A stretch of 32,000 bases of DNA from Candidatus Nanosynbacter sp. BB002 (GCF_037013405.1 NZ_CP146064.1:60001-92000); one strand, 5' to 3'. Shown: positions 1 through 8,113, counted from the first letter of the stretch. Numbers and translations: made by a program. Notes: generated from the letters alone by a model not told the origin.

Positions 1-2
1 TT

Positions 3-350
3 CTTGACCAGACGGTGATCGCCGGTGTTGGTAATATTTATGCTGACGAGGCGCTGTGGGCAGCACAGATTCATCCGCAAACGCGGGTAAAAAACGTTAG
101 CGATCAGCAGCTGAATACATTATTTAATGAGCTGCGGCACATCTTGCAGCTCAGCATCGACCAAGGTGGCTCAACCGATAAAAATTACGTTGATGCCGAG
201 GGTCGGAAAGGAAATTATCTGACATTTGCTCATGTGTTCCGCCGCGAAGGTCAAGTCTGCCATCGCCACCCTGACCAAGAGATTATCAAGTTGAAAGTCG
301 GCGGCCGCGGTACGCATGTCTGTCCGGTATGTCAAGCGGAGGTTATATGA
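3..350 (+). CDS. mutM: Formamidopyrimidine-DNA glycosylase (Fpg/MutM), C-terminal part; 5' end lies upstream of the window
   Basis: Frame is open from nt 3. It reads LDQTVIAGVGNIYADEALW (H2TH region) and ends in the zinc-finger sequence GRGTHVCPVCQ. Stop TGA at 348-350. Confidence 0.88.
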   Translation, partial: LDQTVIAGVGNIYADEALWAAQIHPQTRVKNVSDQQLNTLFNELRHILQLSIDQGGSTDKNYVDAEGRKGNYLTFAHVFRREGQVCHRHPDQEIIKLKVGGRGTHVCPVCQAEVI

Positions 351-1243
351 TTTATCTTCTCCACGGTAACAATGAGTTTGAAAAACGGGCGGCGCTTGCG
401 GCACTCGTTGGTGATGCGGACGTGATGCGGCGTGATGGTGAAGCGTTGACACTGGCAGATATACAGGAGATAACGATTGGCCAGACATTGTTTACGCAGT
501 CTTCGGTGTACGTCATCTCGAAATTGAGCGAAAACCCTGACATTTGGCCACGGCTACCAGAGATATTGTTTGATGACGATAACACTATTATCCTAGTAGA
601 GAGTAAACTTGATAAGCGAACAAAAACCTATAAATGGCTACAAAAAACCGCTAAAACCCAAGAATTTGTGCCGCTCAGTGACCGCCAAAAACCGCAGCTT
701 ATATCTTGGTGTGAAGTGCAGGCTCGTGAGCGCGGTTATAAGCTGACACGTAAACAAATAGGGATGTTAATTGACCGGTTGGGGTTTGATCAGCTGCGAC
801 TCAGTAATTTTTTGGACCAATTGGCGCTCGCGGAGAAGATTACCGATGCGCTGATCAATGATTTGGTGCCGTTGGCGAGGTCAGAAAACGTGTTTGATTT
901 GTTCGTGGCCGCTTTGTCGAAAGATTATGAAACGGTGCATAGCATCATCAGTTATTTGGAATCGGAGAGTGGTACAGACGGCGCCTACCAGACGATGGGG
1001 CTACTCGCTTCGCAGGCGACTAACCTGGTAGCATTGGTGTTGTCGGGCGGTGACAATAACATGGTGGCAGCAGATTTTTCGGTTAATCCGTATGTATTGC
1101 AGCGCTTGTCCTCGTCGGCGCGAACTATTGATATTGAACATCTCAGGCGGATCAACGATGCGTTGTTCCAGGCAGATCTCCAGATGAAAACGACCGGAGT
1201 TAATCCGTGGCTACTGATAGAAACGGCGTTGGTAGATTTGTAG
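347..1243 (+). CDS. holA: DNA polymerase III delta subunit (HolA-like)
   Basis: N-terminus MIYLLHGNNEFEK, ~300 aa helical protein typical of delta subunits. ATG 347 overlaps the mutM stop (ATGA), so I prefer it to the track start at 329. Confidence 0.68.
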   Translation: MIYLLHGNNEFEKRAALAALVGDADVMRRDGEALTLADIQEITIGQTLFTQSSVYVISKLSENPDIWPRLPEILFDDDNTIILVESKLDKRTKTYKWLQKTAKTQEFVPLSDRQKPQLISWCEVQARERGYKLTRKQIGMLIDRLGFDQLRLSNFLDQLALAEKITDALINDLVPLARSENVFDLFVAALSKDYETVHSIISYLESESGTDGAYQTMGLLASQATNLVALVLSGGDNNMVAADFSVNPYVLQRLSSSARTIDIEHLRRINDALFQADLQMKTTGVNPWLLIETALVDL

Positions 1244-1249
1244 TTATAT

Positions 1250-1283
1250 AACAACACCTCAGCATCATCACTGAGGTGTTGTT
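1250..1283. terminator. Bidirectional intrinsic terminator hairpin between convergent holA and rpsT
   Basis: Perfect 13-bp stem (1250-1262 pairs with 1271-1283, acaacacctcag/ctgaggtgttgt) with an 8-nt loop, in the 55-nt gap between two convergent genes. Confidence 0.6.
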
Positions 1284-1298
1284 TGAAGTTGACGAGTC

Positions 1299-1679
1299 TT
1301 ATTTGTCAGCTTTTTTGGCAGCAGGCTTTTTTGCCGCTGGCTTCTTTGCAGGTGCCTTTTTGGCAGCTGGCTTGGTAGTTGGTGTTTTCTTTGCAGCAGG
1401 TTTCTTGGCTGCCGGCTTTTTGGTAGCTTCTAGTTTAACACCAGCCTCTTTGGCTGCTTTGCTCAGAGCGCTTTTACGGCGAGCTACAGTATTTTTCTTC
1501 AAAAGACCCTTTTTAACTGCGGTATCTAATTCAGAGTGGGCAGCTGCCAAGGTAGTAGCGGTTGGATTTGCGTGAAAAGCTTTGACTGCTGATTTGATAT
1601 CTTTTTTGATGCCGATGTTCTTTTCACGGCGTTTGACTGCTTGTTTAGCGCGCTTGATGGCGGATTTGATGATTGGCAT
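1299..1679 (-). CDS. rpsT: 30S ribosomal protein S20 with a Lys/Ala/Pro-rich C-terminal extension
   Basis: MPIIKSAIKRAKQAVKRREKN is the canonical S20 N-terminus. AAGGAG Shine-Dalgarno lies upstream. C-terminus is AKKPAAKKPAAKK...PAAKKADK. Confidence 0.9.
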   Translation of the reverse strand: MPIIKSAIKRAKQAVKRREKNIGIKKDIKSAVKAFHANPTATTLAAAHSELDTAVKKGLLKKNTVARRKSALSKAAKEAGVKLEATKKPAAKKPAAKKTPTTKPAAKKAPAKKPAAKKPAAKKADK

Positions 1680-1724
1680 GGTACTCCTTTACCTCTATAA
1701 GTTATTATCGCTAATCAAGGATGC

Positions 1725-1753
1725 ATTATACAGAAAATCACATGAAAAGTAAA
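1725..1753 (-). promoter_or_regulatory. Putative sigma70-type promoter of rpsT
   Basis: On the minus strand: TTTACT (plus 1748-1753), 17 nt spacer, TATAAT (plus 1725-1730). This gives a ~40-nt leader with an SD. Confidence 0.4.
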
Positions 1754-1779
1754 GGGGCGGGATGAAACGGGGTATAATC

Positions 1780-1809
1780 TTGACTAATCGCCTATGCTTA
1801 TGCTATAAT
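1780..1809 (+). promoter_or_regulatory. Putative sigma70-type promoter of the DHH-like/truB/pilin operon
   Basis: TTGACT (1780-1785), 18 nt spacer, TATAAT (1804-1809), ~45 nt upstream of ATG 1854. Confidence 0.5.
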
Positions 1810-1853
1810 TCAGCCAAAGGCTATAGCAATAAAAAGAAACAGGAAAACAAACA

Positions 1854-3662
1854 ATGAGCACCGCTTCCGCCAAGCAGCAGGTAATCCAAAAAATCAAAGA
1901 AAATACTAATATATTGGTTACGGTTAGTCGTGATCCAAGTGTTGATGAGTTATCAGCGGCATTGGGGTTGACGCTATTTTTGAATGAGCTTGGAAAGCAT
2001 GCTACAGCGGTATTTTCTGGTAAAATTCCACCGGCGATAAATTTCCTGGAGCCTGATAAGACATTTGAGGACACGGCGGACAGTCTCAGAGACTTTATCA
2101 TAGCGCTTGATAAGGACAAGGCGGATCACTTGCGGTACAAAATAGTTGACGATGCAGTTGTGAAAATTTTCATCACGCCGTACCGAACGACGATTACTGA
2201 AGCGGACTTGGAATTCTCACAGGGTGATTACAACATTGAGCTGGTGTTGGCTTTGAATGTTGAAGACAGCAATCATCTTGATGAAGCCTTGACGGCTCAT
2301 GGCAAAATTTTGCACAGTGCTGACGTGGTGACCGTGACAGCTCGGGATATCAAGAGTAGCTTGGGTGCGATCGATTGGCACGAGCGTAACGCCAGTGGTG
2401 TGAGTGAGATGCTTTTGGAGCTGGTTGATGAACTGAAGACAGTCAAGGCAACGCTGGACGAGCAGATGGCAAATGCGTTTATGACCGGTATCGTTGCTGT
2501 AACTAATAGGTTTAGTAACAACCTGACATCACCTCGCGTCATGACAGCGGCTGCGGATTTGATGGCTGCAGGAGCTAACCAGCAGTTGATTGCAGCAAAG
2601 TTGGTGGAAGCTGAGGAATTGGAAGCCCCGGCTGACGAACATGATGAACCGGAAGGTGCCGATAGTTCAAGTGAGTCATCAGATGCTGAGGAAGCAGAGG
2701 TAGACAACACCAAGCTGTCAATTAGCCGTTCATCACGTAAACAGCCAAAACAAGCAGATAAGGAGCTACCAAAACCAGATGATGGCACTTTGGAAATATC
2801 ACACCAAAAGAGGGGTGATCTAGACGAGGTAGCTCGCCGAACGCAGGCTGAGGCTCAAGACGAGGCTGCGCGCGCAGCTGAATCGTACTTGGAAAAACAA
2901 TTGGCCAAATCCACACCAGTAGAATCCGAAGAACCAGCAAAGTCACCAGAACCAGAGTATAGCTTACCAGCCATCAAACCGCTAGGCAGCCCACAATCTC
3001 CGAAAGACGAGTTGCCGGAACCGTCAGTAGGCGGTACGTTCAATGCTTCAGCTGAACAGGCTGCAGAAGATAAGAAGCGCGAGGCTGAAAGTGGTCGTAA
3101 CCGCACGATTTTGAATCATGGTCAACCTGGCAGCAGTCAAGGGGGGTTTAGTGATTCACCGATAAACGCCACCGTTGCTCGCCATGATGATGAGCCAAAA
3201 TCAGTTGACCCGTTCGCTGAAATGAACAACAATTTACAGAACAATAGGTCTATCTCTCCTCTGGGAGAAGCTTCAGCTATCGCTGGACATGATGGCGATG
3301 TCATGGCTGCTCTCAGTGAAGACACCTCAAAGGTATTGGGGACTAATCAGTCATTGGGTCAGCCAACCCATCAGGCAGTTAGCGAAGCATTAGCAGCGGT
3401 GCCTAATGTTCCAGATCCATTGGCGGCAAATAGTGCTCCTGGTACCCCAACTTTGGCGGAAATTGAGTCTTCTGCCAAAAATATAGCAGGGTTACCACCA
3501 ATGCCTGACTTTAGTACGTTGCCAGAACTGCCACCGGCTTTTCCGCCAGCTCCAGCAGTCAGCCCTAATACTCCACCGACGCCAGCCTCAGCCCCACCAG
3601 TCGTGAATACTACCAATGCTGAATTCAATCCAACACAGTTCCAGATTCCGGGACAAAACTAA
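1854..3662 (+). CDS. DHH-fold (NrnA-like) domain protein with degenerate catalytic motifs and a long acidic/Pro-rich low-complexity C-terminal region
   Basis: The first ~250 aa align by eye to NrnA-type DHH domains (ILVTVSRDPSVDELSAALGL, IIALDKD, GIVAVTNRF). The DHH triad position reads VTVTARD. The remaining ~350 aa are E/D/P/S/A-rich and end in PPAFPPAPAVSPNTPPTPASAPP. Confidence 0.6.
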   Translation: MSTASAKQQVIQKIKENTNILVTVSRDPSVDELSAALGLTLFLNELGKHATAVFSGKIPPAINFLEPDKTFEDTADSLRDFIIALDKDKADHLRYKIVDDAVVKIFITPYRTTITEADLEFSQGDYNIELVLALNVEDSNHLDEALTAHGKILHSADVVTVTARDIKSSLGAIDWHERNASGVSEMLLELVDELKTVKATLDEQMANAFMTGIVAVTNRFSNNLTSPRVMTAAADLMAAGANQQLIAAKLVEAEELEAPADEHDEPEGADSSSESSDAEEAEVDNTKLSISRSSRKQPKQADKELPKPDDGTLEISHQKRGDLDEVARRTQAEAQDEAARAAESYLEKQLAKSTPVESEEPAKSPEPEYSLPAIKPLGSPQSPKDELPEPSVGGTFNASAEQAAEDKKREAESGRNRTILNHGQPGSSQGGFSDSPINATVARHDDEPKSVDPFAEMNNNLQNNRSISPLGEASAIAGHDGDVMAALSEDTSKVLGTNQSLGQPTHQAVSEALAAVPNVPDPLAANSAPGTPTLAEIESSAKNIAGLPPMPDFSTLPELPPAFPPAPAVSPNTPPTPASAPPVVNTTNAEFNPTQFQIPGQN

Positions 3663-3663
3663 C

Positions 3664-4329
3664 ATGATACCAAATGATGATATCGTGCTCATTGATAAAC
3701 CAGCTGGTATGAGTAGTTTTGGCGTAGTCGCTAGAATTAGGAGAGTGCTCAGTCAACAGCTAGGTAAGAAAGCAAAAGTTGGACATACCGGTACCTTGGA
3801 TCCGTTTGCTACAGGTTTGATGATTTTAGTAACGGGTAAAAAATGTAAAGAAGCCGGGTCATTTACCAAGCTAGACAAATGGTATCAGGCAGAAATCATT
3901 TTGGGGGTGACTAGCACGACGGGAGATCCTGAAGGAGAGCTTACACCAGTGTCTGAGCATCAGCCGACAATTGAAGAGGTAAGACAGGCTGTACGGAAGT
4001 TCATTGGGGTGATTGAGCAAACCCCGCCAGCTTTTAGCGCCATCAAAATCAATGGGCAGCGCGCCTATCACCTCGCGCGAAAAGGTCAGGAAGTTGCGAT
4101 GCCTGCACGGCAGATCACGGTGCATGACATTGAAATTGCATCATATAACTATCCAAAACTATGTATCAATACTCATGTCTCTAGTGGCACATACATTCGT
4201 ACGCTGGCAGAGGACATCGGTAACTATCTGGGAACTGGTGCCTACTGTCAATCGTTGCGGCGCACAAAAATTGCCAACTTTATCATTGACCAAGCAGCGA
4301 AACTGTCGGATTTTGGCATAGAGAATTAG
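3664..4329 (+). CDS. truB: tRNA pseudouridine(55) synthase TruB
   Basis: IVLIDKPAGMSSFGVV and GHTGTLDPFATGLMILVTG (catalytic Asp motif). ATG 3664 lies 1 nt after the upstream stop. The 5' part of track ORF 3616 overlaps the previous gene. Confidence 0.92.
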   Translation: MIPNDDIVLIDKPAGMSSFGVVARIRRVLSQQLGKKAKVGHTGTLDPFATGLMILVTGKKCKEAGSFTKLDKWYQAEIILGVTSTTGDPEGELTPVSEHQPTIEEVRQAVRKFIGVIEQTPPAFSAIKINGQRAYHLARKGQEVAMPARQITVHDIEIASYNYPKLCINTHVSSGTYIRTLAEDIGNYLGTGAYCQSLRRTKIANFIIDQAAKLSDFGIEN

Positions 4330-4340
4330 GGTGGTATTAT

Positions 4341-4826
4341 ATGGATATGAAGCATAAGGGTTTTACATTGGTTGAAGTATTAATTGTTATAGCAGTGATT
4401 GCCGTGTTGGCATCAATAGCAATTGTCTCGTATCGGTCGGTGCGTGAGAATGGATTGGACGCGAAGATTCGATCTGCAGTTAAAACTGCGGGCGATGCTG
4501 CTGCTTTGGCGGAGGCTAGAGGAAAGCGTATCACTGGATTTGGTCCGTTTAACGCGCCGGATGGTGTACAAACCTTGGTTCCGGATTATTTGAAGGCTGA
4601 TTATCGGCAAGGTGTTTCTAGTAAAAAAGCAGCAAATGAGGAAGCAATCTTTCGAATCTATGAGTGTCATGACGGTGGTAAGGGGTTTGTGATATATGCC
4701 GCGTTGAATAATCCATCTACCGAGGACGTAGCAACCTTCAATCGTATTCGTTCAAGTTGTCATCACAATAGCACGCAAGCACCAGACAGCGGCTCAACGA
4801 TATATAGCTACGCGCAGCTATTCTAG
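4341..4826 (+). CDS. Type IV pilin / prepilin-type N-terminal cleavage-methylation domain protein
   Basis: MDMKHKG|FTLVEVLIVIAVIAVLASIAIVSY has a class III signal peptide with Gly-1, Phe+1 and Glu+5. Two Cys in the C-terminal third fit a pilin D-region disulfide. Confidence 0.85.
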   Translation: MDMKHKGFTLVEVLIVIAVIAVLASIAIVSYRSVRENGLDAKIRSAVKTAGDAAALAEARGKRITGFGPFNAPDGVQTLVPDYLKADYRQGVSSKKAANEEAIFRIYECHDGGKGFVIYAALNNPSTEDVATFNRIRSSCHHNSTQAPDSGSTIYSYAQLF

Positions 4827-4835
4827 CGGCACTGC

Positions 4836-4864
4836 TTGAAAATATCGGTCACTCCTGATATAAT
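4836..4864 (+). promoter_or_regulatory. Consensus-like extended -10 promoter of rpsO, placed for a (near-)leaderless transcript
   Basis: TTGAAA (4836-4841), 17 nt spacer, TGaTATAAT (4856-4864). Only 9 nt separate the -10 from ATG 4874 and there is no SD. Confidence 0.6.
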
Positions 4865-4873
4865 CAAACGGCT

Positions 4874-5140
4874 ATGATCAGTAAAGAGAACAAGCAAAAA
4901 GCGATTGCTTTGACTCAGGTTGGCAAAAACGATGTCGGTAGCCCTCAGGTACAGATTTCGATTTTGACAGCTCGTATCAAAGAGGTTACAGAGCACTTGA
5001 AAGTCAACAAACACGACTTCATGGCTCGTCGCGGCCTTGTCCAGATGGTAGGTAAGCGCAAGCGCCTACTGCGATACTTGGAGCGAACTGACTTTGAGAG
5101 TTATAAGCAAGTGCTGGCTACATTGGGACTACGCAAATAA
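4874..5140 (+). CDS. rpsO: 30S ribosomal protein S15
   Basis: GSPQVQISILTARIKEVTEHLKVNKHDFMARRGLVQMVGKRKRLLRYL matches the conserved S15 core. Confidence 0.95.
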   Translation: MISKENKQKAIALTQVGKNDVGSPQVQISILTARIKEVTEHLKVNKHDFMARRGLVQMVGKRKRLLRYLERTDFESYKQVLATLGLRK

Positions 5141-5160
5141 GCAAACCAAGTAGTTTATAT

Positions 5161-5190
5161 ATCCGCCTCGATATATCGGGGCGGATTTTT
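5161..5190 (+). terminator. Rho-independent terminator after rpsO, possibly shared with the convergent sortase gene
   Basis: Stem atccgcc(t)cga / tcg(g)ggcggat (5161-5171 pairs with 5176-5186), 4-nt loop, then TTTTT at 5186-5190. Confidence 0.7.
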
Positions 5191-5197
5191 GTATGAA

Positions 5198-5797
5198 CTA
5201 TTTAGGGACAGCGATGATAACTTCACGTTTATCAAATGATCCACCCAGGGAACATGAATACAGTGTCAAGCGTGGTTGATCGGTTCGCTCTTCTATCTCG
5301 ACAGCATCAGGCTTAACTTTATATATATCATATATGCTGTACTCGTAGCGTTTGCCGTTGTAATCAACTGTGATGGAATCGCCAACTTTGAGCTTGTTAA
5401 TGTTGTAAAACGGAGAATTGTTGATGGTGCGTTGTGGTGTGGGGCCAATTTGGAAGCGGTGAGCAGCAACGATGAAATTTCCACCCTCTTTAGGGTTACC
5501 ATTTTCTGGCTTACGCCACCAGGCAGTTAGCTCTAACACTTCTGCGCCACCGGTTTTGTACGGGATATTGACATTGATGGCAGGAATGTAAATGCGATTT
5601 TCTGGATGAAATTCATCAGTTGTCTTTTGTAAAACCTTAGTCGTTTCATTATTTTTAGGGTCGATGAATTGTGTTGCGAAAAAAGGACTAAAGATGGTAA
5701 TGAGTAAGTATCCACCACCCACCAACAAGGTTAGAGCTATGCCTAATATGATATAATCTTTTGCTGTTCTAGTGCGTTTAACTTTCACGCTTATCAT
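5198..5797 (-). CDS. Sortase family transpeptidase with an N-terminal membrane anchor
   Basis: N-terminal TM segment (YIILGIALTLLVGGGYLLITIF). Active-site His in FIVAAHRF, Cys in LTLYSCS (TLxTC-like), and a late Arg in REVIIAV. Confidence 0.85.
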   Translation of the reverse strand: MISVKVKRTRTAKDYIILGIALTLLVGGGYLLITIFSPFFATQFIDPKNNETTKVLQKTTDEFHPENRIYIPAINVNIPYKTGGAEVLELTAWWRKPENGNPKEGGNFIVAAHRFQIGPTPQRTINNSPFYNINKLKVGDSITVDYNGKRYEYSIYDIYKVKPDAVEIEERTDQPRLTLYSCSLGGSFDKREVIIAVPK

Positions 5798-5830
5798 TAT
5801 ACCAGCTCACCGGGTGGTGGCTGAAGAGTG

Positions 5831-5839
5831 TGATATAAT
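5831..5839 (+). promoter_or_regulatory. Putative extended -10 element (TGaTATAAT) for pnp
   Basis: TGATATAAT lies ~95 nt upstream of the pnp ATG and the -35 is weak. The leader ends in the GAAAGGAGG SD. Confidence 0.4.
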
Positions 5840-5933
5840 GGAAAGGTAAATAACCGCGAATGGTGATAGAGACGAGAGCTCATGATATATCAGCTTTCAC
5901 CCCTGTTACTTTTCGCGATAAGAAAGGAGGCTC

Positions 5934-8045
5934 ATGATGAGCATTATTAATCCAAGTGGCAAGGATATTTTTAGTGTTACCACGGAATGGTGTGGTCGAC
6001 CACTGACATTAGAGGTAAATAGGGTCGGTTTTCGCACTACCGCCAGTGTGGTAGCGCGTTACGGCGACACGGTTGTGTTAGGTACGGCGATGGTCGGCTC
6101 GCGACCAGTGGAACTAGATTATTTCCCGCTGTCAATTGATTATGAAGAGAAGTTTTATGCTGCCGGCAAGATTTCTGGTAGCCGATTTATCAAGCGAGAA
6201 GGTCGTCCATCTGACGAGGCAATACTCATCGGGCGACTGATTGACCGGCCAATTCGTCCACTGTTCCCGAAGGGGTATCGTCAAGAGGTTCAAGTCGTAT
6301 CAAGCGTCCTCAGTATGGACCCAAGTTTCCGTCCTGATATGGTAGCAATGGTAGCCGCTAGTGCGGCACTGAGCCTGACTGGCACCCCATTTGATGGACC
6401 AGTGGCAGGTTTGCGTGTTGGCCGAGTGAACGGTGAATTTAAGGCCTTTTTGACCCCTGATGAGCGCGCAGCCAGTGACCTGGATTTGGTGGTTGCTGGT
6501 ATTGAGAACGGCATTACCATGGTGGAAGCGGGTGCTCATGAAGTGAGCGAGCAAGTAATTATCGACGCCATGGCGTGGGCACACCACATGATGCAGCCAG
6601 CCATCCAGCTTCAACGTGAGTTGGCAGAAAAAGTCGCACCAGCCGCGCAGCAGTACGAACTGGTTCTACCAGATGAAACCATACAAGCAGAAGTTGACGT
6701 GTGGGTTGCTGGTAAATTTGGCGCAGCTATTCGTCGTGCCTACCCAGAGCGTAACGAACTGATCGCGGATATTCGTCAGGCATTTCATGACGAATTTACG
6801 ACAAAGCTCGGTGAGAATTATGATGAGCTGCGACCTCAATATGATGAGGCCTTTACGTTGGCACTCCATAAGGACGTACGCCGAGGTATCGTTGAGGATA
6901 AGGTGCGTCCAGACGGCCGTCAATTGACGGAAATCCGACCACTCAGCTCAGAAGTTGGTTTCTTGCCACGAGCACACGGATCAAGCTTATTTACCCGCGG
7001 CGTGACTCAGGGTATGAACATCGTTACCTTGGCGCCACTGAGCTACGCGCAGCTGGTAGACACCATGGAACAAACTGATTACGAACGACGTTATATGCAT
7101 CACTACAATGCTCCGGGTTATACTGTTGGTGAAGTGCGCCGTTTGGGTAGTCCAGGTCGCCGTGAAATTGGGCATGGTTACTTGGCGGAGCGAGCATTGA
7201 CGCCAGTGTTGCCAAGTGAAGAAGAGTTCCCATATGCTATTCGTTCGGTGACCGAAATCATGAGCCAGAATGGTTCCACCTCAATGGCAGCGACATGTTC
7301 AAGCTGTTTGGCGCTGATGGATGCAGGTGTGCCACTCAAAGCGCCGGTCTCTGGTATCGCCATGGGCTTAATGATGGACGAGGGTACACCATATGTGCTG
7401 AGCGACATCGCTGATGCTGAAGATTTTGCTGGTGACATGGACTTTAAGGTGACAGGCACTGCTCAAGGTATCACGGCGCTACAGATGGATATGAAGGTGC
7501 ATGGCCTACCGGTTGACATCTTGGCGCAAGCAATTGAGCAGTCAAAAGCTGGTCGAGCACATATCTTGGAGCATATGTTGTCCGTATTACCACAACCACG
7601 CCAGGCATTGAGCCCATACGCACCACGCATTGAGAAGATCAAGATCAACCCAGACAAGATTGGTGCGGTGATCGGTAAGGGTGGCGAGATGATCAACAAG
7701 ATCACCTCTGAAACTGGTGCTGAAATTGACATCAAAGAAGATGGCTTAATTACCGTGGCTAGCCCAGACGGCGCATCAATTGAGAAAGCTATGAATTGGA
7801 TCAAGAGTTTGGTAGAAGAGCCAGAGGTTGGCAAGATCTATGAGGGTCGGGTTGTTAGTATCAAAGACTTTGGCGCTTTTGTGAATATCTTACCAGGAGT
7901 CGATGGTATGGTACATATTTCGAAACTGGCCGAAGGTCGGGTAAATAAGGTGACTGATGTCGTCAAAGAAGGCCAGACTGTCCGCGTAAAGATAACTGGT
8001 ATTGATGAGCGCGGCAAGATCAATTTGACGATGATCGGTTTATAA
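5934..8045 (+). CDS. pnp: Polyribonucleotide nucleotidyltransferase (PNPase)
   Basis: Two RNase PH-like domains (for example FPLSIDYEEKFYAAGKISGSRFIKREGRPS and GSTSMAATCSSCLALMDAGVP), then a KH domain (IGAVIGKGGEMINKI) and an S1 domain (YEGRVVSIKDFGAFVNI). Confidence 0.97.
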   Translation: MMSIINPSGKDIFSVTTEWCGRPLTLEVNRVGFRTTASVVARYGDTVVLGTAMVGSRPVELDYFPLSIDYEEKFYAAGKISGSRFIKREGRPSDEAILIGRLIDRPIRPLFPKGYRQEVQVVSSVLSMDPSFRPDMVAMVAASAALSLTGTPFDGPVAGLRVGRVNGEFKAFLTPDERAASDLDLVVAGIENGITMVEAGAHEVSEQVIIDAMAWAHHMMQPAIQLQRELAEKVAPAAQQYELVLPDETIQAEVDVWVAGKFGAAIRRAYPERNELIADIRQAFHDEFTTKLGENYDELRPQYDEAFTLALHKDVRRGIVEDKVRPDGRQLTEIRPLSSEVGFLPRAHGSSLFTRGVTQGMNIVTLAPLSYAQLVDTMEQTDYERRYMHHYNAPGYTVGEVRRLGSPGRREIGHGYLAERALTPVLPSEEEFPYAIRSVTEIMSQNGSTSMAATCSSCLALMDAGVPLKAPVSGIAMGLMMDEGTPYVLSDIADAEDFAGDMDFKVTGTAQGITALQMDMKVHGLPVDILAQAIEQSKAGRAHILEHMLSVLPQPRQALSPYAPRIEKIKINPDKIGAVIGKGGEMINKITSETGAEIDIKEDGLITVASPDGASIEKAMNWIKSLVEEPEVGKIYEGRVVSIKDFGAFVNILPGVDGMVHISKLAEGRVNKVTDVVKEGQTVRVKITGIDERGKINLTMIGL

Positions 8046-8113
8046 TCTAGCCATAACCGTATTCAGTAAATCGTAAATAGTGTACAATTAATAGAGTAAG
8101 AAAAGGAGAAAGC

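Noticed and set aside
1276-1575. A 99-aa plus-strand ORF rich in FFAAG repeats (MLFEVDESYLSAFLAAGFFAAGFF...).
   Set aside because: It is the antisense reading of the AAKKPAAKK repeat tail of rpsT. The S20 reading is strongly supported, and this one is a low-complexity mirror artefact.
4013-4321. A 102-aa alternative-frame ORF inside truB. Other same-strand overlapping ORFs lie at 12154-12387, 23645-23842, 26140-26406 and 30702-30911.
   Set aside because: They are embedded out of frame in well-supported conserved genes and show no independent signals.
5840-5933. The ~95-nt pnp leader has a 10-bp AT palindrome (tgatatatca, about 5884-5893) and a possible long-range pairing (accgcgaa/ttcgcga). 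This might be an RNase III/PNPase autoregulatory hairpin, as in E. coli.
   Set aside because: The pairings are short, AT-rich and imperfect. I cannot support a specific structure by eye.
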